Shown here piece after piece: positions 27,554 to 37,333 of a stretch of DNA of 49,041 nucleotides. This DNA comes from an uncultured Gammaproteobacteria bacterium (lineage in GTDB: Bacteria > Patescibacteriota > Patescibacteriia > UBA9934 > UBA11717): NCBI GenBank assembly GCA_964365275.1, contig CAYIOW010000002.1, positions 1 through 49,041 on the forward strand, in the 5' to 3' direction. The notes beneath the pieces were generated by a model. The model worked only from the letters and a program-made list of their open reading frames with translations. It made no database searches and was not told where the DNA came from. The translations under genes were made by a program, and so were the position numbers. The first letter of the stretch is position 1. The number at the start of each line of letters is the position of its first letter.

Positions 27554-27646
27554 CGCAAAAATAAAATACATCTGTAAGGTTGCGTTAGAGTCCCAGCCCC
27601 ATTGGGGCGGACGACCGCAATCGAACAGATGTATTTTATTTTTGCG
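27554..27646. repeat. 93-nt long hairpin with a conserved core (family copy A)
   Basis: Perfect 22-bp arms (27554-27575 / 27625-27646) and an inner GGTTGCG/CGCAATC helix. Core is TTAGAGTCCCAG + GCCCC-ATT-GGGGC + GGACGAC. It starts directly after the tsf stop. Confidence 0.85.
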
Positions 27647-27682
27647 CAGAGAATTCATCCACATGTCAGCCACGGCACATCG

Positions 27683-27691
27683 TGATATACT
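27683..27691 (+). promoter_or_regulatory. extended -10 TGaTATACT upstream of gap
   Basis: CGTGATATACT lies 56 nt before the ATG at 27748. Confidence 0.45.
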
Positions 27692-27747
27692 TTTATGGGT
27701 GATAAATTTACAAATTCCTAAATTCTTCAATACCAAAATTATTTTTT

Positions 27748-28746
27748 ATGCCCCGCATTGCAATTAACGGCTTCGGAAGAATCGGTCGCCACGCCTTTAA
27801 AGTTGGTTTTGAAACGAAAGGATTCGAAGTTGTTGCGATAAATGATTTAACGGATGCTCCCACACTCGCGGCATTGCTTTCGCGCGATACGGTGTATGGC
27901 GGATATTTCAGAAAAGTGAAAGCAACAAACAACGCCTTGTTCGTGGATGGCAAACGAATTTCCGTCTTTGCGGAAAAAAACCCGGAGGCGCTTCCGTGGA
28001 AAAAACTTGGAGTGGATTTGGTTTTGGAGTGCACCGGCCGTTTCACCGACGAGGCGGGCGCCTCTCTTCATTTGAAAGCAGGAGCGAAGAAGGTCTTAAT
28101 CAGCGCGCCCGGGAAAGGCGGAGACATTCCGACATATATAATGGGCGTGAATCATCAAGACGCGAAAAAAGACAGGCATAAAATTTTCAACAACGGCTCT
28201 TGCACTACAAATTCGGTTGCTCCCGTGGCGGCGATAATAGGCGAATCGTTCGGTGTGAAGAAGGCGATGCTATCAACCGTTCATGCGTACACCGCCGACC
28301 AGAATTTGCAAGACGGTCCACACAAAGATTTGCGGAGGGCGCGGGCGGCGGCCGGGAATATTGTGCCGACAACAACGGGCGCCGCGATTTCGGTTACCGA
28401 AGCGTTGCCGGAGCTGAAAGGAAAATTTGACGGAACGGCGTTTCGCGTGCCGGTTATAGTCGGTTCGTTGACCGACTTTACATTCGTCCTGAAAAAGAGA
28501 ACCACCGTTGCGCTTGTGAACGCGGCGTTCAAAAAAGCGGCGAGAAGTCCGAGATGGCGCGGTATTTTGGAAGTTACGGAAGAGCCGCTCGTGTCGTCAG
28601 ATATAGTCGGTACGACCGCGTCTGCAATCGTTGACCTCGGCCTCACGAAAGTCGTGGACGGTGATTTGTTGAAAGTAGTTGCGTGGTACGATAATGAGTG
28701 GGCTTACGCGCATCGGCTTGTGGAGATGGCGTTTGCGGTTTCATAA
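27748..28746 (+). CDS. gap: glyceraldehyde-3-phosphate dehydrogenase (type I)
   Basis: INGFGRIGR, active-site SCTTNS, WYDNEW. Confidence 0.95.
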   Translation: MPRIAINGFGRIGRHAFKVGFETKGFEVVAINDLTDAPTLAALLSRDTVYGGYFRKVKATNNALFVDGKRISVFAEKNPEALPWKKLGVDLVLECTGRFTDEAGASLHLKAGAKKVLISAPGKGGDIPTYIMGVNHQDAKKDRHKIFNNGSCTTNSVAPVAAIIGESFGVKKAMLSTVHAYTADQNLQDGPHKDLRRARAAAGNIVPTTTGAAISVTEALPELKGKFDGTAFRVPVIVGSLTDFTFVLKKRTTVALVNAAFKKAARSPRWRGILEVTEEPLVSSDIVGTTASAIVDLGLTKVVDGDLLKVVAWYDNEWAYAHRLVEMAFAVS

Positions 28747-28747
28747 T

Positions 28748-29689
28748 ATGCTTTTCATTTTGGAGGCGGTGATTTGGCTCTTCTTGATTGTGGGAGGAGC
28801 GTTTTTTCTTGAGTTATTTGTTGTGTGGAAAGAAGGGAAAGCGAATGCGTGGAAAAAAGCTGTCGCGATTGTCTTGTCGCTCGGTTTGGCAGTTGTGTTT
28901 TACGGCTCGTTCATTGAGTCAAAATTGTTGACCGTAAAAGAAAATTCCATATCGCTTTATTCTTTTGAGAACTCGTTCACAACATCAGGAAAGATGCGCG
29001 TTGCTTTAATGTCTGACCTTCATATGGGTTGGTGGAAAGACGCAGAATGGGCCAAGCAAGTTGTTGAGAGGGTTAACGGCGAAAACCCGGAGCTTGTATT
29101 GATTGCCGGCGATTTCGTTTTGTCAAAAATGAAAGACGCCGACGAACTTGGGCCGCTGATGGATTTCAACGCTCCGGTCTATGCGGTTCTCGGCAATCAC
29201 GACCATAAGTTTGCTGACGCGAATGCGGTTGCGGCGAAACTTGAAAACCTCGGAATAACGGTTCTGCGGAACCGTCACACCCGCGTCAAAACGAAAAACG
29301 GAGAATTTGATTTGGCGGGAGTTGACGATGTGTGGTTTTCCGCTGACGCCGACCGTGCCTTACCCATTGAATCGCCGGGAGTTCCCGTTGTTTTGCTTGC
29401 GCATAATCCCGATATCATTCTTGACAGCGCGACAATGGAGCGCTCCGACCTTGTTCTGTCGGCTCACACTCACGGAGGTCACATTCGGCTTCCGTTCATA
29501 GGGCCGGTTCCTCCCTTGCCGACAAAACTCGGACGGTATTACGACGAAGGTTTATTTGAGGTCGGAAAAAAAGGTTTAAAACTATTTATTACGACAGGAG
29601 TCGGCGAGAGCGGAGTGCGCGCGCGGCTTTTCAATCCGCCGAAAATTGATATGCTTGACATAATCTGGAAAGCGCAGAGCGCGAATTAA
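28748..29689 (+). CDS. membrane-anchored metallophosphoesterase
   Basis: Start lies 1 nt after the gap stop (TAAtATG). N-terminal TMs. Calcineurin-like motifs SDLHMG, GDFV, GNHD, GHIR. Confidence 0.7.
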   Translation: MLFILEAVIWLFLIVGGAFFLELFVVWKEGKANAWKKAVAIVLSLGLAVVFYGSFIESKLLTVKENSISLYSFENSFTTSGKMRVALMSDLHMGWWKDAEWAKQVVERVNGENPELVLIAGDFVLSKMKDADELGPLMDFNAPVYAVLGNHDHKFADANAVAAKLENLGITVLRNRHTRVKTKNGEFDLAGVDDVWFSADADRALPIESPGVPVVLLAHNPDIILDSATMERSDLVLSAHTHGGHIRLPFIGPVPPLPTKLGRYYDEGLFEVGKKGLKLFITTGVGESGVRARLFNPPKIDMLDIIWKAQSAN

Positions 29690-29712
29690 AGAGAGGTATT
29701 GCGAATTGAAGA

Positions 29713-30990
29713 ATGTCTAAACGCATAATAATTGTTGGCGCGGGCTTCGGCGGCTTGTCCGCTTTTCTTGGGATATCTCGGCGGCTTCACTCTAAAGACA
29801 ATGCGGAAGTTGTTCTGATTGACAAAAATTCATATACGACATACACACCATTGCTTTATGAAGTTGCGTCAGGCGCCTTATTCGGTAAAACGAAAGTTGC
29901 GGATTTAAAAGCCGGAGCCACGGTCGCTTTGTCGCTTGCAGAGCTTCCTTATCCGACTGCGGTTAAAATATTTCGTGATGAAGTTGTTAGAGTTGATGCG
30001 GAGAAACGCGCGATTGTTTTGAAATCCGGAAAACGGCTTGCTTACAACGCTTTGGTTTTATCATGCGGAAGCAAATCCTTTACTTACGGAGTGCGCGGCG
30101 CCGACAAATACGCGTATCCGCTTAAGACGCTTGATGACGCGCAGAAAATCAGAATGCGACTCGCCGCAATGGTGGCAAATTGTGAATCGCGCGACCGCGA
30201 AGCCATCAGAGTCGTTGTTGTGGGCGGAGGAGCCAACGGAGTTGAAACCGCCGCTGAATTGGCGAGTGCGTTCCGTCTCGCCCGAAGAAAAAAAAAGTTG
30301 AAGGCGCCGTGGAGCGTTCTTATATTGGAATCGGGTTCAAGATTGTTGTCGCAGGCGAGCGAACCCGTGTCGCAGACGGCATTGTGGCGTCTCCGACGGC
30401 TTGGAGTTGATGTCTCGCCGGCTACGAATGTGCTTGAAGTCGGAGACAGATGGGTTTTAATCTCGCCTAACAAAAAATGCAAATGGAAGGGAAGTTTGTT
30501 CGCCGCTAACAAAAAGATTGAGGCGGATATTGTTATTTGGGCAGGCGGAGTTGGCGCTCGTTCGGAGTGGAAAAAATGGGGATTTGAAACCGATGATTGC
30601 GGATTCGTGAAGGTTGACGACACACTGCGCGCGAAAGGGAAGAAAACGGTTTGGATTATCGGAGATATGGCCGCAATGGAAACGGCTTTGCCTCGTCGCG
30701 CTCCCGCGGCTATTTACGAGGGCGAAATCGCGGCTGAAAATCTTGTCAGATTTTTGCGCGGCGGGAAACCTGATAAAAAGATAAAGTCGCGTTCGTGGCC
30801 GCTTGTAGTTCCACTTGGAGGAAAAAACGCCGTATGTTCTTTTGGCATTCGCTCGTATTCTGGGATGCCGGCGTTCATATTAAGGAAACTTGCCGACTTG
30901 CGTTATTTACTGTCAATACTTTCCGCGCCGCGAGCAATTTCCTCGTGGTGGAAAGGAGGAAAAGTTTATGCGGAAAATGATTTCAGATAG
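29713..30990 (+). CDS. ndh: type II NADH dehydrogenase-like FAD/NAD(P) oxidoreductase
   Basis: IIIVGAGFGGLSA dinucleotide fold, TPLLYEVASG, and a second GGGANGVE fold. Confidence 0.7.
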   Translation: MSKRIIIVGAGFGGLSAFLGISRRLHSKDNAEVVLIDKNSYTTYTPLLYEVASGALFGKTKVADLKAGATVALSLAELPYPTAVKIFRDEVVRVDAEKRAIVLKSGKRLAYNALVLSCGSKSFTYGVRGADKYAYPLKTLDDAQKIRMRLAAMVANCESRDREAIRVVVVGGGANGVETAAELASAFRLARRKKKLKAPWSVLILESGSRLLSQASEPVSQTALWRLRRLGVDVSPATNVLEVGDRWVLISPNKKCKWKGSLFAANKKIEADIVIWAGGVGARSEWKKWGFETDDCGFVKVDDTLRAKGKKTVWIIGDMAAMETALPRRAPAAIYEGEIAAENLVRFLRGGKPDKKIKSRSWPLVVPLGGKNAVCSFGIRSYSGMPAFILRKLADLRYLLSILSAPRAISSWWKGGKVYAENDFR

Positions 30991-32164
30991 TCAAATTCGC
31001 GAAGTTGCGGTTGGCGATGTTGCGGGAAAGCGCATTGTTTTGCGCGTTGATTTGAATGTTCCGTTAGACGAGAATGGCGTTGCGGATGGAAATTCACTGC
31101 GTCTTTCTGCGGCGCGCGCGACGATAGAAAAATTGCAGGATATGAAGGCGCGCATTGTAGTTTTAGCGCATCGTGGAGACCCAAACGGGATTGATTTGAA
31201 TATGTCTTTACAGCCGATTGTCCGCTCAATGATGCAAAAGATGAAGAGCGGTCCGTGTTTATGGCAATCGTTTGCTCCGTTGGAAGAAATTCACGCCAGA
31301 ACGATGTCCTTGGCAACAAGTGATGTTCTATTTGTTGAAAATATTCGTTTCTTTGTCGGAGAAACAAAAAACGACGAAGAGTTTTCACGCGAACTGGCAA
31401 CGCTTGGAGATGTTTTCGTAAACGATGCTTTTGGAGTTTGCCACAGGGAACATGCCAGTGTTGTCGGCATCGCAAAACATCTGCCGTCTTTTGCGGGGCC
31501 TACGATATTAAAGGAAACGGGAGCTCTGAACCGCGTCGTAGACAACCCAGCGCGACCTTTCGTTGCCATTGCCGGCGGTGCGAAAATTCACACTAAATTG
31601 TCCGCTCTTTTGGCGCTATTGCGCGGCGCCGATGAGGTTTTTGTCGGTGGCGCGCTCGCGGCGGCATTTTTCAAAGCAAAAAAAATGAGAATAGGGGTGT
31701 CGCAAGTTGAACTGGACGATGAAAAACTGGCGGAGATTTTGCTGAAAAATTCATCCCTTCATCTTCCTGAAGATGTCGTGGTTAAAAACTCTTCCGGCGA
31801 GACGCGCTTGTCTTCGCCGGACGACATAAGGAGCGACGAAGCGATTGTTGATATCGGCAGAAATGCAATTGCGGCGATTGCGACATCGGCGCGCGCCGCT
31901 AAAACGGTTGTGTGGAATGGTCCGGTCGGTGTGATTGAGGAGACGGAATCGCGTGTTGGCACTGATGCGGTTGCGCATCTCTTGGCGGAAATCGGACGCG
32001 GGCCGGCATTCGTGCTTGCCGGCGGAGGAGAAACGGTTGATGTGATTGAATCGCTGAAACTGTCTGATTTTTATGACCATGTTTCTGTTGGAGGCGGCGC
32101 GATGCTAGAATATATCGGCGGAGGAAAACTTCCCGGATTGGTTGCGCTGCGGAATGTGGAATAA
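30968..32164 (+). CDS. pgk: phosphoglycerate kinase
   Basis: KRIVLRVDLNVPLD, AHRGDP, FVNDAFGVCHREHAS, GGGAM. Start is taken at MRKMISD. It overlaps the ndh end by about 23 nt. Confidence 0.92.
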   Translation: MRKMISDSQIREVAVGDVAGKRIVLRVDLNVPLDENGVADGNSLRLSAARATIEKLQDMKARIVVLAHRGDPNGIDLNMSLQPIVRSMMQKMKSGPCLWQSFAPLEEIHARTMSLATSDVLFVENIRFFVGETKNDEEFSRELATLGDVFVNDAFGVCHREHASVVGIAKHLPSFAGPTILKETGALNRVVDNPARPFVAIAGGAKIHTKLSALLALLRGADEVFVGGALAAAFFKAKKMRIGVSQVELDDEKLAEILLKNSSLHLPEDVVVKNSSGETRLSSPDDIRSDEAIVDIGRNAIAAIATSARAAKTVVWNGPVGVIEETESRVGTDAVAHLLAEIGRGPAFVLAGGGETVDVIESLKLSDFYDHVSVGGGAMLEYIGGGKLPGLVALRNVE

Positions 32165-32172
32165 ACTCGCTC

Positions 32173-32253
32173 GTGCTGAAATTCTGACGCTGGGATGCGT
32201 CGTCCGTCCTGCGGACTGGGACTCTAAGCATCCCAGCGTCAGAATTTCAGCGC
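32173..32253. repeat. 81-nt long hairpin with a conserved core (family copy B, opposite orientation)
   Basis: Perfect 24-bp arms (32175-32198 / 32228-32251). The reverse complement of the loop reads TTAGAGTCCCAG + GTCC-GCA-GGAC + GGACGAC, which is the same core as copy A. It lies between pgk and eno. Confidence 0.85.
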
Positions 32254-32265
32254 TTACGAATTCAA

Positions 32266-33555
32266 ATGTTTATTAATCCATACCATATGTCTGATGTTAT
32301 TGAACATATCCATGCACACGAAATTTTGGACTCGCGCGGAAATCCGACCGTCGCGGTTTCGGTTTTGACGAAAAATGGCGCGCTTGGACAAGCAAGCGTT
32401 CCTTCGGGCGCTTCAACCGGTGCGCACGAAGCGCATGAGCTTCGCGACGGCGACGCTAATCGCTATGGCGGTTTGGGCGTGCGAAAAGCCGTGCGAAATA
32501 TTCATCAGAAAATCACGCCGGCGATTCGCGGAATGAAGGTGTCTGCGCAAAGGGAAATTGACGCCGCGATGATTGAACTTGATGGGACGAAAAACAAATC
32601 ACGGCTCGGCGCAAATGCAATTTTGGGTGTTTCTTTGGCGGTTGCCAGCGCGGGCGCGAGGTCTAAAAAAATGCCGTTGTACGCTTATATTCGCTGGGTT
32701 TTTGACATCGTTGAAGAATCATGGCGGCTTCCGGTGCCGCTTATGAACATATTAAACGGCGGCAGGCACGCAGACACTAATCTTGACATTCAGGAATATA
32801 TTATCGCGCCGGTCGGGATAAGAACATTTAGGGAAAAGGTGCGCGCCGGCTCTGAAATTTTTCACGCACTCGGCGATATTTTACGAGCGGATAAAATTGA
32901 CACTGATGTCGGCAATGAGGGCGGTTACGCGCCGAATCTCGGAACCACGGAAGACGCGCTTGTGTATATAATGAAAGCGATTCGCAAGGCGAAATATTCG
33001 CCCGGTCGGCAAATTCGTCTTGGACTTGATGTGGCCGCCAGCGAATTTTACGACGAGAAGAAGGATAGATACATAATGCGCACCGACCGCAAGAAAATGA
33101 CGGATGAAGAAATGATTGAACTTTTGGAATCGTGGGTTTCGCGCTATCCGTTTCTTTCAATTGAAGACGGATTGGCGGAAGATAAATGGAGCGGGTGGGA
33201 GGAATTAACGAGACGGCTCGGAAAAAAAATATATTTGATCGGAGACGATTTGTTTGTGACGAACAAGACGCGTCTTCAGGAAGGCATAGAGCGAAAAGTC
33301 GCCAACGCGATTCTCATAAAACCGAACCAGATTGGTTCACTGTCGGAAACAATTGATACGATAATGCTGGCGAAAGCGCACAAATATAAAATCGCGGTAT
33401 CTCATCGCTCCGGCGAGACAACCGACACTTCTATAGCCGACCTTGCCGTGGCGGTAAACGCAGAGTTTATAAAAACCGGAGCGCCGTCGCGGTCCGAACG
33501 GCTTGCCAAGTACAACCGTTTGATGGAAATTGAGGAGGAACTTGCCCGCCGTTGA
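32266..33555 (+). CDS. eno: enolase
   Basis: ILDSRGNPTV, SGASTGAHEA, IEDGLAEDKW, KPNQIGSLSET, SHRSGETTD. The true start may be the ATG at 32287. Confidence 0.96.
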   Translation: MFINPYHMSDVIEHIHAHEILDSRGNPTVAVSVLTKNGALGQASVPSGASTGAHEAHELRDGDANRYGGLGVRKAVRNIHQKITPAIRGMKVSAQREIDAAMIELDGTKNKSRLGANAILGVSLAVASAGARSKKMPLYAYIRWVFDIVEESWRLPVPLMNILNGGRHADTNLDIQEYIIAPVGIRTFREKVRAGSEIFHALGDILRADKIDTDVGNEGGYAPNLGTTEDALVYIMKAIRKAKYSPGRQIRLGLDVAASEFYDEKKDRYIMRTDRKKMTDEEMIELLESWVSRYPFLSIEDGLAEDKWSGWEELTRRLGKKIYLIGDDLFVTNKTRLQEGIERKVANAILIKPNQIGSLSETIDTIMLAKAHKYKIAVSHRSGETTDTSIADLAVAVNAEFIKTGAPSRSERLAKYNRLMEIEEELARR

Positions 33556-33556
33556 T

Positions 33557-35134
33557 ATGTCTCCAAGACCAAAACCGCTCGTTCTGCTTATAATAGACGG
33601 TTTTGGAATTGCGCCGGACGATGCCGGCAATGCAATCACGCAGGCGAAGACGCCAACTCTGCGTGATTTGATTTCAAAATATCCGACAATGACATTGCGC
33701 GCCAACGGCGAAGCGGTTGGTTTGTCATGGGGGGAAATGGGAAATTCAGAAGTTGGGCATCTCGCAATAGGCGCAGGCCGCGTGTATTACCAATCATTGC
33801 CGAGAATCTCGCTTGCAATTGAAAATGGAAGTTTTTTTGACAACGAGGTCTTAAAAGACGCGGCGGAGCATTTGAAAAAAACAGGCGGAGCTCTACATTT
33901 AATCGGAATGATAGGAATCGGAAAAGTGCATGCGTCTGACCAGCACGGTTTTGCGCTTTTGGAATTCGCCAAGAAAAACGGAATTGGCGATGTGTTTCTC
34001 CACGCGATTTTGGACGGGCGCGATTCGCTCTATAATTCAGGACACGGTTTTCTTGAAAAGTGGCTTGAAAAAATGCGCGAACTTGGAATTGGCGCAGTAG
34101 CTTCGGTTTCCGGCAGATATTACGCTATGGACAGGGATAACAAGTGGGAAAGGACCGAAAAAGCGTATCGCGCGATTGCCGAAGGCAAGGGCGAGCCGGT
34201 TGAAAATCCGCTTGACGCCATTCAGTCGTCGTATGCTAAAGAAGTGTATGATGAGCAGTTCGTTCCGACAACAGCGATAAAAGACGGCGTGCCGGTAGCC
34301 AAGATTGAAGAAGGGGATGTTACTTTATTCTTTAATTTCAGACCGGACCGCTCACGACAGCTGACAAAGGCGTTTACGCTTCCGACATTTGAATACTTTG
34401 ACCGCGAGTATATAAAAAATCTTTTTTTTGCGACGATGACTGAATACGAAGCCGGGTTGCCGGTTCATACAATGTTTCCTCCGGAAGTGATTCACAAAGG
34501 ATTCGCGGAAATTATTTCAAACATCGGGCTCAAACAATTGCATATTGCGGAAACCGAGAAATACGCGCATGTTACCTTCTTCTTAAATGGCACACGCGAG
34601 GAGCCGTTTCCGGGAGAGGAGCGTGTGATGATTCAATCGCCGAAGGTGTCAAGCTATGATGAAACGCCGGAAATGGGAACAAATGAAATTGCGGACAGAG
34701 TGGCAAAAGAAATTAAACTTGGCAATTACGATGTGATTGTGGCAAATTTCGCAAATCCGGATATGGTCGGACATACCGGCAATTTTGAAGCGACGAAGAC
34801 GGCGGTGGAAAATGTTGATTCTGCGATAAAGCGCGTGACTGACGCGGCGCTTCAGACGGGTGGAGTTGTTGTCATCACTTCCGACCACGGGAACGCCGAA
34901 GAAATGAAAAATTTAAAAACGGGCGAAATGGACAAGGAACATTCAACGAATCCGGTGCCGTTCATAATTGTCGGAAAGGAGTATAAAGGAAAGACATCGG
35001 TCGCCGGAGAAATTCCGGGGGGCGATTTAAGTTTGATTCAACCTGTTGGGGTGCTGGCAGATGTGGCACCGACCTTGCTTACAATTTTAGGCATTCCGCA
35101 ACCGCCTGACATGACGGGTCAACCATTGACATAA
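33557..35134 (+). CDS. gpmI: 2,3-bisphosphoglycerate-independent phosphoglycerate mutase
   Basis: Start MSPRPKPLVLLIIDGFG lies 1 nt after the eno stop (TGAtATG). NSEVGHL, ANFANPDMVGHTG, TSDHGNAE. Confidence 0.95.
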   Translation: MSPRPKPLVLLIIDGFGIAPDDAGNAITQAKTPTLRDLISKYPTMTLRANGEAVGLSWGEMGNSEVGHLAIGAGRVYYQSLPRISLAIENGSFFDNEVLKDAAEHLKKTGGALHLIGMIGIGKVHASDQHGFALLEFAKKNGIGDVFLHAILDGRDSLYNSGHGFLEKWLEKMRELGIGAVASVSGRYYAMDRDNKWERTEKAYRAIAEGKGEPVENPLDAIQSSYAKEVYDEQFVPTTAIKDGVPVAKIEEGDVTLFFNFRPDRSRQLTKAFTLPTFEYFDREYIKNLFFATMTEYEAGLPVHTMFPPEVIHKGFAEIISNIGLKQLHIAETEKYAHVTFFLNGTREEPFPGEERVMIQSPKVSSYDETPEMGTNEIADRVAKEIKLGNYDVIVANFANPDMVGHTGNFEATKTAVENVDSAIKRVTDAALQTGGVVVITSDHGNAEEMKNLKTGEMDKEHSTNPVPFIIVGKEYKGKTSVAGEIPGGDLSLIQPVGVLADVAPTLLTILGIPQPPDMTGQPLT

Positions 35135-35158
35135 AAAACTAACGCCGGAAGAGAGGCG

Positions 35159-35443
35159 TCAGATAGAGAGGGATTTCGCTGTTTGAATCTCGCGAATTAC
35201 GGCTGCGTGGTCGGAGATGCGATACGGAGCTTTCTCCTTCCGAAACTCGCGAAGCAGTTCCTCTTTGGTCGGGTTGTCGTTTCCGTCCATTCGCAGGTTT
35301 CGCACCGCTTCGTTGAAGTGCCGGTTGCACGAAGCGCAGACGCGCAAATTGCAGTTGCGATTCACTTCGAAACTGTAATGACATCCAACGCATTGCAGTA
35401 CTTTCATGACCTCTGCTGTTTCAAACTCACGAAGCTCGTCCAT
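35159..35443 (-). CDS. hypothetical zinc-ribbon protein (94 aa)
   Basis: CVGC ... CASC cysteine pairs. No family recognised. Confidence 0.45.
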   Translation of the reverse strand: MDELREFETAEVMKVLQCVGCHYSFEVNRNCNLRVCASCNRHFNEAVRNLRMDGNDNPTKEELLREFRKEKAPYRISDHAAVIREIQTAKSLSI

Positions 35444-35551
35444 GATGCCTCCTCGGCCGGGTTGAATGAAGCTGTGTCAATATATCTTATTTTCTTCAAA
35501 ATACGCAAACCGTTTGGCTTTTGCGGGCTTGTTCTGCCTTCCTGACATATT

Positions 35552-35560
35552 TGTTATACT
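35552..35560 (+). promoter_or_regulatory. extended -10 TGtTATACT, 9 nt before the ATG at 35570 (leaderless-type)
   Basis: TGTTATACT-CATTTGACT-ATG. Confidence 0.5.
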
Positions 35561-35569
35561 CATTTGACT

Positions 35570-36337
35570 ATGGAAAAGATTCAAGCGATATTGCTTGCCG
35601 GCGGAAAGGGGACTCGGCTTGCGCCACTCACGGATACATTGCCAAAACCGCTCGTTCCGGTTGCCGGAAAACCGATTATGACATGGATTTTGGAGCATTT
35701 AAAAAAATCTGGGATTAATAATGTGGCACTTTCAGTGGCTCATCTTGGAAATCTGATAGAGGCGCATTACGGAAACGGCGAGGTGCTTAATATGAACATA
35801 TCGTATCTTCGCGAACCGGAGCCGATGGGAACAGGCGGTTGGACGCGTTTGGTGGATTGGGATGAACTTGCCGACGATGTAATTGTTGCGAACGCGGACA
35901 ATATTTATTTTGTTAATGTTACGGCACTTCTGAATCGTCATCGTGCGTTGTCGGGAGCGACATTGGTTGGCGTGCGAAAGCCCAGCGAGGCAGTTCGTGG
36001 AAATGAAATCGCGATTCCATCCGCCGACGGCGCTTGTCTGGAGAGGTATGTAGACCGCACAGAGAGCAATGACATTCTAGCCGCGTCTCAATCAGTATTC
36101 GTGAGCGCCGGATGGTATGTGTTTTCGCCGTCGTTGATTCGTCAGTACATTCCGCACTGTTCGCCGATCTCAAACGAACAGCATATTTGGCCGGCGCTTG
36201 CGGCGAATATGAGCGGCATCGGTTTTTATGAAGCGACTGAACCGTGGTTTGAGACCGACAATATGGAACGATTGTTGCACACCGAGCAATATTTGATTTC
36301 AAATTATGTTGTTTCTACGGAAACCCAAACCGCGTAG
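35570..36337 (+). CDS. sugar-phosphate nucleotidyltransferase
   Basis: ILLAGGKGTRLAPLTDTLPKPLVPVAGKPI signature. The ORF track start at 35564 is TTG. Confidence 0.8.
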   Translation: MEKIQAILLAGGKGTRLAPLTDTLPKPLVPVAGKPIMTWILEHLKKSGINNVALSVAHLGNLIEAHYGNGEVLNMNISYLREPEPMGTGGWTRLVDWDELADDVIVANADNIYFVNVTALLNRHRALSGATLVGVRKPSEAVRGNEIAIPSADGACLERYVDRTESNDILAASQSVFVSAGWYVFSPSLIRQYIPHCSPISNEQHIWPALAANMSGIGFYEATEPWFETDNMERLLHTEQYLISNYVVSTETQTA

Positions 36338-37331
36338 GTATCGTTTTGTGTGGCCGGTTGGATTGGCGGCGGCTGTTATCATTGTGTTTGTTTTACGACC
36401 GCTATTCTTTGCGCGTCCGGCTCCCGACATAATTTCAATTGAAATTGAGTCCGGTGAAACGCTCGTCAGCATTGCCGACGAACTTGCTCGGCAAGACATC
36501 ATCTTGTCGCCATTTTTGTTTCGTCTATACGGCAAGGTTAGCGGGCAGGCGAAGGATATCAAAGCCGGTTCCTTTGAAATCGCGAAAGGAACCGGCATGC
36601 GCGCGCTCTATAGTTTGTTGACTGACGCCGGAATTGCGAACGAAGAAATAATGATACCGGAAGGATGGACGGTTGATGACATAGCCGGCTCGCTTGAAAA
36701 AAACGGTTTCGTTGATGCGGAAACTTTTATTCTAACAGCGGACGGCGCGTCATGGAGCGATGAATTTTCGTTCTTGCCGAAAGAGTCCGGGGAAGGAAAT
36801 TCAAATTATGAAGGATATTTCTTTCCGGACACATATCGTTTTTCCGCCACGCGCCCGGAATTGGATTTGCCTCGTCAGGCGTTTCGCAATTTTCAAAAGA
36901 GGGTCATTGAAGGATTTGCGGGCGAACTGCAATCATCGGACTATTCTCTTCATGAAATAATAATCATCGCAAGCATTTTGCAGGCCGAAGTCAGGAAACC
37001 GGAAGATATGATAAAGATGGCTGATATATTGGAGAAACGGCTAAAAGCTGGAATGGCGCTTCAAATGGATTCTACCGTCAATTTTGCGACCGGAAAGAAC
37101 AATGTGTTTACTTCAGCTGGGGATCGTGCGACGGATTCACCGTATAACACATATAAATATCCGGGTTTGCCGCCTGGACCGATAAATAATCCCGGTTTGG
37201 ATGCAATTCGCGCCGCACTCAAACCGGAAACAAATCCATACTATTATTTCTTGACGGCCGACGACGGTACGGCGTATTACGCAAAAACATTGGACGAACA
37301 CAACGCAAATCGCGCCAGATATTTGAAATAG
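36306..37331 (+). CDS. mltG: endolytic transglycosylase MltG (YceG-like)
   Basis: N-terminal TM, IPEGWT, ASILQAEV, NTYKYPGLPPGPINNPG. It overlaps the upstream gene by 32 nt. Confidence 0.85.
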   Translation: MLFLRKPKPRRYRFVWPVGLAAAVIIVFVLRPLFFARPAPDIISIEIESGETLVSIADELARQDIILSPFLFRLYGKVSGQAKDIKAGSFEIAKGTGMRALYSLLTDAGIANEEIMIPEGWTVDDIAGSLEKNGFVDAETFILTADGASWSDEFSFLPKESGEGNSNYEGYFFPDTYRFSATRPELDLPRQAFRNFQKRVIEGFAGELQSSDYSLHEIIIIASILQAEVRKPEDMIKMADILEKRLKAGMALQMDSTVNFATGKNNVFTSAGDRATDSPYNTYKYPGLPPGPINNPGLDAIRAALKPETNPYYYFLTADDGTAYYAKTLDEHNANRARYLK

Positions 37332-37333
37332 AT

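Noticed and set aside
27554-32253. Interpreting the two core-sharing hairpins as self-cleaving ribozymes, integron attC sites, or plain terminators.
   Set aside because: There is no CUGAUGA/GAAA (hammerhead) or twister-type core. There are no GTTRRRY/RYYYAAC attC boxes. No U-tract follows either hairpin. None of these labels is supported, so I reported them as an unclassified repeat family.
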